From NCBI RefSeq assembly GCF_018977255.1, contig NW_024704749.1, forward strand, positions 9,510,972 through 9,550,000: a stretch of DNA of 39,029 bases, written 5' to 3'. The notes below the pieces were generated by a model that searched no databases, was not told where the DNA came from, and worked only from the letters and a program-made list of their open reading frames with translations. The position numbers and the translations under genes are program-made. This document shows positions 12,701-22,366 of the stretch, one piece after another. This stretch comes from Callorhinchus milii. Lineage: Eukaryota. Each line of letters begins with the position of its first letter. Position 1 is the first letter of the stretch.

Positions 12701-15700
12701 TCCAGGGCTCAAGTGCTGTATCTGCCAACAATCGCTGTCCAAGCTCACACGTGAAGGACAGTCACTTGGGACAGTGACTGCCGGAAAAGAGCTTTCGAAT
12801 CAAGAGCGAATTTAGCAACGTACAAAAGTTCTGCACGTTCCTAAATTCAGAGCTTGTCTGTACATGTCTGTCACTGACACCCATTGCACCAGCCCCGAGT
12901 AAAGTGGATTAGTCGGCCCAGCTCCGGGTCCCACACATTCCCCTAAAAGTTTCCTCCTTAATGTCTCTAAACTCCCCTTTATGGTATGGGATTAACTCCC
13001 ACATGCATGCAGTTGACACCCAACTCTATCTCTCTTCCATACCCTCAATTCCAGGACCACTGCTGTTCTGACTAATTGCCGATTGTCGGACATCACTTCC
13101 TGGATGAGCTCTAACTTTCTCCAGTTGAATGTCTCCAAAATAGCTTTCCTGCTTGGTTCACATCAGCACCTTCTGACCTCACGTACTGACTGCATCAATC
13201 TACACATTATGCCTCATGGAGCCATTGCATAGTCTTGTTCGATTTGAGTAAGCTGAGCGGAGGGGACGAGAGAAGGAGGTAGGGTGGTGAATGGAATTGT
13301 AGGCGAGGGTGAGGATTTTTCTCCGCTGAGAGACTGACAGGACTGTAGGTGATGAGTTTGCGGAGTTCTGTACAGGTGCAGATGTGGGCAGCAGAGACTT
13401 AGATGATCTGTTTATCTGTTAATCCTGGAGTTTGACACAGCGCTTTGTCATATCCCCACTGCCTGCTGCCTTGTTACCTGAGGAATACATGTTGGGGTTG
13501 AAGCGAATGTCAAAGACAACGTCATTGACGGAGCCCACAGCACGACACGCTGCCTTCAGTGCACTGCATTTCTCTGCATCACGTGAAAGAACAAAAATGA
13601 TTTATAAATAAGGCCCAGCGGGCAGTCACCGTGCTCCATCACATCACAAACACTAGCACACCGAGTCGTCCACACGCACACACCACAACCTCCGCCCCTC
13701 ACACACACAGCTAAACCCCACACACTCACTGGCAGAGAGCAGAGACTTTTGTGGTTTTACTCATCCAAACCCTTCTCTTCCCTCCTCCCCCCCCGCCACC
13801 ACCTGTTGTTCTCTTGTTCAGAATTCAACACAATTCTACAGTGTCCGACTGTTCATGATCCCAGATTCCAACATTCTGCCAATTGGAATTTGTTTGGTTG
13901 ATATCTGATCCAGACCCGCACATCCTAACACACACACACAGATACGCTCCATAACCCCCTCCCCACAACACAACTCCCAAACACCACAACAACCCCCCCC
14001 ACACCTTACCATCAGTCTCGCTGTCCCCCTCCTCCTGGCCGTTCTGCATCGAATCACTTTCCTTCATTTTCTCCTTCACCAGTTTCGTAAAAAGTGTGTA
14101 TCTAAAGCACGAGACACAGAAGCGAAATGCTACAGGTGATGACCGGGAAACTGGGGGGAGGGGGAGCATAGGCAGCAACCTCACAAGGGAGGGGGCATAG
14201 GCTTACTGTAGAAGCGTGTGGAGTTAAGGAAACTTGGTTTAGGTTTCACCCCACCCGGGAATTGAACCCGGGTCCTCTCGTTTGTGCAGTGAGCGCGCTA
14301 ACCACTGAACTACGGGACTCCACCGAGTAGCTGTTTATGTAACCCTTTCCCTACTCCTTTGCACACCGGCTGTGATGTTCTCAGGTCGCCGTCCTTACTT
14401 GTGTTGGACGAATCTCTCGAGCAGCTCCGGCCGGAAGCTGCACAGCTTGTGTCGGTACTGCCTGGGGAAGCCCCATCTCCGGCACTCCTCCGGCATCTCC
14501 TCGCCCTCCACGGGCAGGAAGTTCAGGTCAGGCGGGAAAGTGCGGAGCAAGTCCAGGATGTAGAAGCGGCCGTCGTTTCCCACAATCCCTTTACACTCGA
14601 CCGAGGAGCAGAGGAGCACGGGCTGGTCGTGTTCGTTCAGCACCAGGTGTTTCTGGACACACAGCGCCTTGGCGCTCTTCAACAGCAAGTCCACGTACTG
14701 ATGGTTGGACATCACTGTCTTCCCGAAGTCTACGGATCCATACACCACACTTTGCTCCTGCTCCCGTTCCAGAATTCCCGGGATGATGGACTGTGCCGTG
14801 ACCCGGTATCCCCGGTAATCCAGCACCACGGTGCCCAGCGTGTACAGACCCGAGGTGTCCTCCAAGCTGAACGCTCGCACCCCCTTCAGATCATGGCCCG
14901 AGGCTACGTACGCGGCACAATCGCCGCCGAAGTCCTTGTAGTGGTCACGCACGTCAAAGCCCAGACTGAAGAAGATGCTGTTCCAGATGAACATCTGCAT
15001 CTTGACCTCCTCGCCCGGGTTGATGGCCATGACGTTCCCATCGATGATGGCCATCGCTCCCCGCGTGGCGGCAGCAACAAAGTCACTGTTCACCTGCAAC
15101 ACAGGGTCACCAACTACTGTTTTGTGTAGTGATTGCATTTCTAGGCCAAACACAATAGCCTCCCTCCCTCCCTTCCTCAGGCTGACAACACTGATTGACT
15201 GGCTGCTCATTGGGAGGGGTGTAACTACCATTCCACACCTTAAACATGGCGCGTTCCCTCTGCAGCCGCTGGGTCAGAACCTCACGGGGCAACTCTCGCG
15301 TCGTCTGTAACTCCTCATTCCAGTCCCGCGTCTGCCAGGGAACAAAAGTAACAGCAGTGTCAACGTCATCGCCGCTCGCACTGAACCACCCCCCCCCGCC
15401 CGCCCTCGCGCCGTCACCCCACTCCTCGCACCCGGCCCCCACCCGACTATTTCAAATGGTTTATTTTATTCTCTCTCAGCGCCGCCACGCCCCCTCACCT
15501 GGCCGGGAATGTGCTCCTCATAGCCGAGCCGGGAGGTGAAGGCATCCTCTGCCCGCACACAGTCGATGGTGTGCTCGGAGTGGGGTGTGGTCCAGCTGTA
15601 CAGCTGGTAGGGGGTGGCGATCCGCTTCAGCGGGTGGCACTGCACTCTGCCAGCAAGGTGCACAGCACAATCAGCACAGGTTCAGCCTGACATCCCTCAA

Positions 15701-18700
15701 TCACCCACCCACCCACCCGTCCACGCACCGCAGCCGGGCCAGCATCGTCCGCCTCCACCAGTCCCCCGGAAGCCTCCAGTCTTACCTTTTCTTCTGCAAA
15801 GCTGTGAAGTTCTTTTTGAAGGCGGGGCTGATCTGGCTGAGCAGCTCCACCAGCGAGTGGCACAGCAGGCTCGGGCTGGCCGGCTTCGGGTTAAACACGT
15901 CCATCGTGGATCTGGACAAAGGCAGGAGAGGAGCTTCTACACTGAGATCCGGAATGAGAGCCCTACAGCTATCAGCTTTCATCGCTACCTGCTGCATAGC
16001 ACTATTTCCAGAGGCTGATCACTGAGGTTGGAATCTACATCTGTTTGGGGCACAGCACACACCAGACACACGGCACAACATGGCAACAAGACCAGACACC
16101 ACATGGCACTGGTAAACTAGCTGAAAAACCTACAAGCCAGTTGGATCTTTCAGGTTTCCCAGCCTCGGGCGTGGTCTCTGTGCTCAGTCACTAAGCAACA
16201 AGAGAGTGGCTTTTGTACTTTCACAAAATTCAGGTTCTTCTTTTGTTCTTTCTTAAATGACATAATTGATGAGCCGGGCAACTCTCACAGAACAAACCGG
16301 GGATCCACCTATACACCTATACATTAAAACTCCCTGTGTCTGGGATGAGATGATCATGGGGTGGTAGGGTAATCAGAGAGTGCTGGACTTACTTAGGGTC
16401 TCAGAGTGAATGGTCCATGGTCAGACAGTGTTATTTTCCCTAATGTCTAAACCATAAGAACGTGTCCGAACCACAGAATTTCCCAGATCCCCAATACACC
16501 ATTCTCTGAACCATTCTGGAGCCTCAATCTCCCTCAACGCGCGCCCCCCCCCCACAGTGCTGCCTGTGGGTGTCACTCACTGGTTGATGTAGAAGCCACG
16601 AGTGGAGGCGGTCAAGCTGACATGCCGCTTCTCCATGGTGATGACGTACAAGTACATCAGGTCCCCATGCATCCGGCGGTTCCCAGGGGGAGGGTTCCAA
16701 CCACTTAGCATCAGAGCTTTCAGGCACTGCACAGACTATAGAGAGACATGTGTTAGTGAGAGCCCGACATGGGAAACCCAAGCTCCTGCCCACTCCTATA
16801 CTCGTGCTCCTACTCCCTCCCCCCAGGCCACCCACAGTGAAGGGAATCAACATATTCAGTAAAATAACTGGATCAAAACTTTGATCAATGCCACATAACC
16901 AGCGACCACATACACTGGTTTATTTCTCCGGGTAGTCAGTCTGACACCTGATCTCAAACAAACTGGGCTGAATTGTGATGTTTTAATTAAACTCAGAAGA
17001 GCCACGCTTAACCTGAGCCCGGGAAGGTTTCCAGATTTCCTGCTAGAAAGTGAAGTTAGAAAGAGACCATTTGATAGCTCCTGATACATCAAAACAACTT
17101 ACACTTACGCAGCAGCGCATTCATGTTGGGAAAGCCTCAATACGCTTTACAAAGACTGAGGGGATACTGGGTGCTTCCAGCACAAGTCCAGGGCTGAAAG
17201 TTCAGCCCCTCTGTCCCTCCACATATATCATTGATCCCCACCCCACCCATGCTAACCAGACATTCCAAGCAGACAGTGACATTACAAAGGTTCATTGCCA
17301 CACATCAGGCCGGGGATTCCTCGTCATGCACCTTGTTATCCAGGACTGGTGGCTGAAGAGGGGACAGAAGCCGATCCTTGGATCCCGGTAGGATATACTC
17401 TGGTGGGGAACAGTCAACGGCATCAAATATCTGATCCGAAACTGAACGTCTTTTCTTCTTTCCATTGTTCCCAGAAATTGATTCACCTGGAAAAAACTGT
17501 GTTGAAACGTTTCTCCTCCTTCTCTTAACAATAATAATAAACCTAGCGTTTGCTACAGCGCCTTATAAAACTGTTGAGATGTCTCAAAGCGCTTCACAGA
17601 ATCTAAAGTAATGTAAAGTAAATCAACTGCATATTTTCTGGGCGAAACACGGCAGCCGAATGCTCTAACCACAAAGCTACCGGGCACCTATCCAGCTCCT
17701 ACCTGCAGCATCACCCTCTGAGACCTCAGTGAGGAAGGACAGGGAGTTGCAGTTCATGCCATTGTAGGCATCAGCCAGATCCAGACTCTTCAGCAGATCC
17801 TGATATGGCGGATGTGAATCCGAGCTTCTCGCGCAGTGTAAGGCTCTGGGAGGGGGAAAAAAAATAGCAAGAACTTTATGCCGGAACGGACATGAGTTCA
17901 TCTTCAAACTGCTGTAACCCCAGAGGGAAGGTACATAAATTCATCCTTTGGCCACTAAAGTTGCTGTCAGTAAAGGAGACTCCAGAGGCCTCACCTTCCA
18001 CCACTTTGAGGACCGATCCGTCCCCCAGCCCCTTCACGCTGCTCAGCTCAGAGAAGTTGTCCAGGATGTTGCCCCTGTGCTGCAGCGAGAAGCAGGTGCG
18101 ATGACACGTGTCCTCTCTGTCCATCAGCACCTGGATAATCTCTTGCACCAGTTCCTGGGGGGACACCTTGCAAAGGAGCACAGGGGTTGAAGGTCAGCCA
18201 TACCAATTACCATTTCCTCACCCAACTCCATGCGAAAGGAGCTTCAACGGTTATGGTGACGACACTTACCTGCAAGTCAAACGCATCACTTCCCGTCACC
18301 TGTATTTTGATGTTCAGTAGATCCTGATCAGGAATTACTTCCTCACCATCAGGCTTCATGACCTGGCCATTCACAGATGGAATCTCCTCCCTTTTCCTGC
18401 CATTCAATGCGACTCGCTCAGCCTTCGAGTCTGCACCAAACACACAAACACAACCTTCAGCAAACTGAGCCCAGCAACCGTGAGCTTAGCACCTTATTGT
18501 CCCCAACACCATCCCTTCCACATCTCCTGCCAACGCCTCTCCCTCCCCACACCTGATGAGAGTTTGGGGGTCACTATTTATCCAAGGTGTCAACTTGGCT
18601 CAGTTTATCGTACTCGGGCCATTGGGTCAGACAGTTGTGGGTTCAAGTCATACATTGGGGTGTTTGAGTTCACGGGTCCAGGCTGATACTCCAGTGTCAT

Positions 18701-21700
18701 CCAGAAGGAGTGCTGCATTGTCAGTGGTGCCATTCTTCAGATGAGATGTTAAAACCAAGGTCGATTCTTCTTATTCAGGTGGATATTCAAGATCCCACAA
18801 CGGTATTTGAAAAGGAAGAGAGTTACTCTCAGTGCCTTGGTCAACAATACTCTTGATATTGATCATTCACTTGATGGTTGTTTGTGGGACCTGACTATGA
18901 GCAATTGGCTGCCTAAAAATACAGTCACCATGAAGTGACTACCATCAATTACGGTCACTATAACGTGACTACCATCAAATATCTGTCCCTGTGAAGTTCT
19001 TTGAGGTGCTTTAGGCACTGCATCCAATATGAGTCACATGACCAGTTCACTCCATTTAAAGCTTCACATTGGCTTCATCCTCAGGTTTTCATCCCAAACA
19101 ATTCCCCCGCTCCCCCATTTGAGGCATATTTTCATGGTTTCTAAAGCTTTTTCCTCCATAATGGTGCCAAGAACAGAGGCACTCCTCTCACACTGTTTGG
19201 GTGGGTGGCTGTAAACACTTGTTTGTGTACAGGTCTCACTCAAATGTACTGTAAGTAAATGGAGCAGCCAATTTGCATATAGCAAAGTCTTGTTATATTA
19301 TTGTTGGCTCGGGCTCTCTTCTTTGAGGGATCTTTATATTCGTGGAGCACTGCAGAACCGGCGTTAAAAGTCTGAAGCAAAGACAGAGAGCACTGAATGA
19401 AAGTTCCTGGTCTCTTGCCAGCAACTAACTTGATGGCCCCACCAAGAGTGTGACAGCTCTTCATCCAGCACGATACTGACGCACTGCAGTACAGGCAGCA
19501 ACACGACTGTGCACATTCAGCCAGGCTGATTGCTCCCAGCACCTAGTCACAGCGCAGTACACTCTAGCTACATGGTAGAAAATGCGTGGGATTCTTCCAA
19601 TTCAGCTCCTGGTATCAAGTGCCAAAACACAACCCAGGGATCCAATGACACAAGTGAAACTTCCCCAAGGCAACATGGTTCACAGGAGCCTCCTCACCCC
19701 ACCCTGGGTGCAGCTCAAAAGCTAGGAAGTGACTCTTGAGAGTACATCAGAAGCATGGAGCTGACAATGCGGAAAGCCATCCACAGTGACCACCAGCAGC
19801 TGACACGTAGGGTGGCAACTCTAATCTGTACTTATGTAGTACTTGTCACACAGGGCGTCGTCTGAAAGTGCTTCACAGAAATAATGATGAGCACCACACA
19901 AGGAGAACAAGAAGTTAACTGTTGACCAAAGGCAGCTGTTATTTTTAAGAGGGTTTTGAAGGCAAGGAGAGAAGGACAATTGGATCTTATAATAATAATC
20001 CTTGCATTTGATATAGTGCCCTTATCACATTGTTGAGATTCCTCAAAGGGATTGACGGTAAGGTGTCAAGTCAACTTCTTCCAAACTTTCTTGGGAGGGA
20101 AGCAATAACAAAGATGCATTTTAGCAAATGGGCCTTTAACCCAAAAGGTAGAATGGAAAATATTAAAATGACACCAATAAGAGATCTGTTCCTTTACAAC
20201 TGTCAGCCTGGCTCAGTTAGTAGCAGTCTCACCTCTGAGCCAAAAAGGTTTTGGGTTCAAGCTCCGTGTGGGGGCTTGAACTCACATAGTATAAGATGAT
20301 ACTCCAACCAGTCCCGTGGCTGTACTGTCGGAGGTGGTGACCTTCGGATGAGATCAGATGTTGAAATGAAGTCGTATCCGCTTGTTCAGGTGGATGTTAA
20401 AGATCCCGGACACGACTTAAAAAGAGAAGCAAGTTTCTTGTTTTCTGGCCAACAGGCCCCCAAATAAAATTGCTCATTCACTTCATGGCTGTTTATGGCA
20501 CATTGCTGTCTTTGATTGGCTGCTGCGTTCACTTAAAATACATGTGTGGTCACCTTACTTCACAGGAGGTCCTGAGAAGCTCTTTTGGAAGCCTTCCCGA
20601 CGTGGAAGGAACTATAGTGAGTGCGAGGATTATTATTATTATAGTAAAGGGCACTGAACTTGACCAAGAGTGGAGTGTGAAATACTTTGTGTCAAATGGT
20701 GTTGGCAGCTGTGCAGACAATCGTCCAGGAGTCACGCCGGAGCTTAATGACAGCGAACTTGTAATTCCAGAACCTTCTGCTGCACCCACAGGAGACTTCC
20801 ACGTTGCTTTCACAGAACAGGTGTTGGTGACAACATTGAGTGGGGCTGGGGTTTGTCAGAGAGTTGCATAAGCGTTTGTTCCCAGTCTGTGAGGAGTCAG
20901 CAGATCACATCCAGGTCGGTACAAGTACCACTGCAATAAGCTGGGTTCCCATTCCTGATGCCTCACTGGTGCCCACGGAACACAAATTAACATCGGAAAA
21001 GGGCAGAGTCAGACTCCGCAGCGATGCCCCCACGGCTGAATCACCAGCCCACGCTCACTGCCCAGAAAATACGCTATTCACTAATGGTGTTCCTTCCCAT
21101 CGACCCACAGCAGGTCCCCTCCTAAGCAGAGCTCCTGTGGGTCAGCGCGATGTGCCTCCAATTACCCGGTTTCGTTCCCCCATTAAAGTGTGACAGCGAT
21201 TCCTTCTTAGGTGTCCCATAACAATATAATAATCCTTACACTTGATATAGCGCCTTATCACATCGTTGAGACGTCTTAAAGTGCTTCACAGAATGTACTG
21301 TGTGGGAAAAACTTAGCAGCCAGTTGCACGCAGCAGTGTCCCACAAACAGTTGTGGACTGAGTGAACAAATTTTTTTTTATTATTTATTACCCTCAGAAC
21401 GCCAATCGACTAACAACCAGGTAACTGGAGGCACATCGTGCTACTTATTGCTAGGCTTGTGGAATAAGGAAACTTGCCTAAGGTTTTGGCCTGCCCATGA
21501 ATCAAACTCGGGCCTTCACATTTGCGAGGCGAGTGCTCTAATCAATACGCTACAGGGCTGCAGCACGAAATATCGCACATAAAGAGTATCTACTTGGGTG
21601 AGAAACCAGGGGACGCGACCTACAGAACTGTGATCCACCCCCAACCAGTAGGTCCAGGAGCCGGAAGCTTACAGCGAGCAACTAGAATGTTCAGCCTCCA

Positions 21701-22366
21701 TGCTCCTCAGAATAAAACTGTTTTAACTTCAGTTTGAGCAGCATTGCACAGCCTTCCACTGACAAGCTGCACCACTGCTTAAAAGAAACATTTTTCTGAT
21801 AGATAGCAAAGCCGAGTGTGCCGGGGGGCAGAATCTTCCTCTCTCCACCCAGTGCCACTCCCAGCTCCTGTAGAGCAGATTAGCTGCCGTGAAAAGTCCA
21901 CACGGCACCCCACGTCCTTTAATCTCACTGCCACAGCCCCAGGAACACATTCCCCACCCTCCCTCCCCATCACCAACCGACCCGAGACCCAATACCGGTT
22001 CGGCCGCAGTCTCTGGAGAATAGGTTATCAGGTCTTAAAACTCATTTGACAAGTTTCCTATCGACTGTGCACGTCCCAAAATCTTGTTTATGGTAATCCC
22101 AGTCCAGATGTCAGTGTTCAATCCTCAGCAGAAAACTGCACACGGACATGGACAGAAACAATGACCGTCTCCCAAGCGTGATCCTCACCAGCTCTGCACA
22201 TTACGCTCCTCGTTCCCCGCCCACCCACACCCCCCCCCACCCCGGTTTGCCCCCACCCCGGTCAGGCCGGCTCCCCCTCCTCATTCCTCTCACCTGCTGT
22301 GGTGGTGGCTGCCGTGACTGGGCCAGGGCGAGAGGCGATAGCTTTCTCCTCGCCCCCCTGCACCAT
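5951..22366 (-). CDS. CLUH: Clustered mitochondria protein homolog-like (CLUH paralog), whole spliced gene, 26 coding exons; 1-bp frameshift in exon 4
   Basis: All exons have GT-AG boundaries and consistent phases. CLU_N ([23 protein letters not shown]), Clu domain ([59 protein letters not shown]), CLU-central ([11 protein letters not shown]) and TPR region are present. 4484 nt as assembled; about 1494 aa if one base is restored. Confidence 0.93.
5985..6520. repeat. Coding minisatellite built from GCCACACCCTCACTCACA (18 nt) and GCCACACCTCCA (12 nt) modules
   Basis: Direct inspection; module lengths are multiples of 3. Confidence 0.92.
6863..7220 (-). mobile_element. tRNA-derived SINE with L2-like (ATT)n tail
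   Basis: On -, the head gtagtggttagagcactcgcc...gattcgactccc has A/B boxes and the tail reads gcaaggattattatt; related copies recur in the window. Confidence 0.75.
7279..7352 (-). CDS. CLUH: CLUH-like exon 25
   Basis: [24 protein letters not shown]. Confidence 0.9.
7775..7921 (-). CDS. CLUH: CLUH-like exon 24
   Basis: [33 protein letters not shown]. Confidence 0.93.
8087..8180 (-). CDS. CLUH: CLUH-like exon 23
   Basis: [31 protein letters not shown]. Confidence 0.93.
8370..8491 (-). CDS. CLUH: CLUH-like exon 22
   Basis: [24 protein letters not shown]. Confidence 0.93.
8711..8836 (-). CDS. CLUH: CLUH-like exon 21
   Basis: [12 protein letters not shown]...LLYRARYL...[11 protein letters not shown]. 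Confidence 0.94.
9014..9094 (-). CDS. CLUH: CLUH-like exon 20
   Basis: [27 protein letters not shown]. Confidence 0.92.
9400..9539 (-). CDS. CLUH: CLUH-like exon 19 (TPR region)
   Basis: [22 protein letters not shown]...LLARLRY. Confidence 0.94.
9655..9855. repeat. AT-rich ~21-nt tandem repeat (TTATAATAAATATACTACTAA)n
   Basis: Direct inspection; adjoins a SINE/L2 tail. Confidence 0.9.
10128..10281 (-). CDS. CLUH: CLUH-like exon 18
   Basis: [30 protein letters not shown]. Confidence 0.94.
10350..10612. repeat. TG-rich low-complexity/microsatellite region
   Basis: Direct inspection. Confidence 0.85.
10629..10713 (-). CDS. CLUH: CLUH-like exon 17
   Basis: [28 protein letters not shown]. Confidence 0.92.
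11222..11463 (-). CDS. CLUH: CLUH-like exon 16
   Basis: [36 protein letters not shown]. Confidence 0.95.
11630..11750 (-). mobile_element. Deu-like SINE 5' fragment
   Basis: Reverse complement resembles the copies at 18594 and 20205. Confidence 0.5.
11799..11861 (-). CDS. CLUH: CLUH-like exon 15
   Basis: [21 protein letters not shown]. Confidence 0.9.
11990..12142 (-). CDS. CLUH: CLUH-like exon 14
   Basis: [32 protein letters not shown]. Confidence 0.93.
12394..12494 (-). CDS. CLUH: CLUH-like exon 13
   Basis: GVRFHE...[20 protein letters not shown]. Confidence 0.93.
12940..13290 (+). mobile_element. Degenerate L2/CR1-clade LINE RT fragment
   Basis: Decayed ADDTQLY...WM..NFLQLN..K-like coding (gttgacacccaactctat...tggatgagctctaactttctccagttgaat). 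Confidence 0.55.
13478..13573 (-). CDS. CLUH: CLUH-like exon 12
   Basis: [25 protein letters not shown]; exact acceptor slightly uncertain. Confidence 0.85.
14010..14101 (-). CDS. CLUH: CLUH-like exon 11
   Basis: [12 protein letters not shown]...ETD, gtaagg donor. Confidence 0.8.
14195..14321 (-). mobile_element. SINE 5' (tRNA head) fragment
   Basis: Similar to 7110-7220 and 21450-21560. Confidence 0.65.
14399..15093 (-). CDS. CLUH: CLUH-like exon 10 (Clu domain core)
   Basis: [13 protein letters not shown]...[17 protein letters not shown]. Confidence 0.97.
15239..15331 (-). CDS. CLUH: CLUH-like exon 9
   Basis: [15 protein letters not shown]...RERAMFK. Confidence 0.95.
15499..15646 (-). 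CDS. CLUH: CLUH-like exon 8
   Basis: [15 protein letters not shown]...[19 protein letters not shown]. Confidence 0.95.
15786..15911 (-). CDS. CLUH: CLUH-like exon 7
   Basis: [35 protein letters not shown]. Confidence 0.95.
16581..16735 (-). CDS. CLUH: CLUH-like exon 6
   Basis: [27 protein letters not shown]...[10 protein letters not shown]. Confidence 0.95.
17332..17486 (-). CDS. CLUH: CLUH-like exon 5
   Basis: ...[25 protein letters not shown]... Confidence 0.9.
17529..17680 (-). mobile_element. Internally deleted SINE copy
   Basis: Shared tail gagatgtctcaaagcgcttcacaga joined to head remnant gctctaaccac. Confidence 0.6.
17703..17845 (-). CDS. CLUH: CLUH-like exon 4 (frameshifted near 17799-17800)
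   Basis: [16 protein letters not shown] in one frame and [23 protein letters not shown] in another; 143 nt where phase 1->1 needs 144. Confidence 0.9.
17995..18166 (-). CDS. CLUH: CLUH-like exon 3
   Basis: [28 protein letters not shown]...VLKVVE. Confidence 0.95.
18270..18430 (-). CDS. CLUH: CLUH-like exon 2
   Basis: [11 protein letters not shown]...[14 protein letters not shown], gtaagt donor. Confidence 0.85.
18594..19030 (+). mobile_element. tRNA-derived Deu-domain SINE (SacSINE1/AmnSINE1-like)
   Basis: tggctcagtt...gggttcaagtc head; gatgagatgttaaa...caggtggat...aagatccca core. Confidence 0.7.
20205..20642 (+). mobile_element. tRNA-derived Deu-domain SINE, near full length
   Basis: tggctcagttagtagc...gggttcaagc head, caggtggatgttaaagatccc core, (ATT)n tail. 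Confidence 0.72.
21226..21560 (-). mobile_element. tRNA-derived SINE, same family as 6863-7220
   Basis: Collinear similarity of tail, body and head. Confidence 0.75.
22294..22366 (-). CDS. CLUH: CLUH-like coding exon 1 ([24 protein letters not shown])
   Basis: aacATGg Kozak context; cag|gtgaga donor, phase 1 matches exon 2; weak sequence similarity. Confidence 0.65.

Noticed and set aside
13803-13924. Possible extra CLUH-like exon between exons 11 and 12
   Set aside because: Bounded by AG and GT but has stops in all three frames; exons 11 and 12 already join in phase
14250-14321. tRNA-like sequence with A and B boxes
   Set aside because: Degenerate SINE head shared with other copies; no clean cloverleaf
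14359-15129. 256-aa ORF on +
   Set aside because: Antisense shadow of GC-rich CLUH-like exon 10
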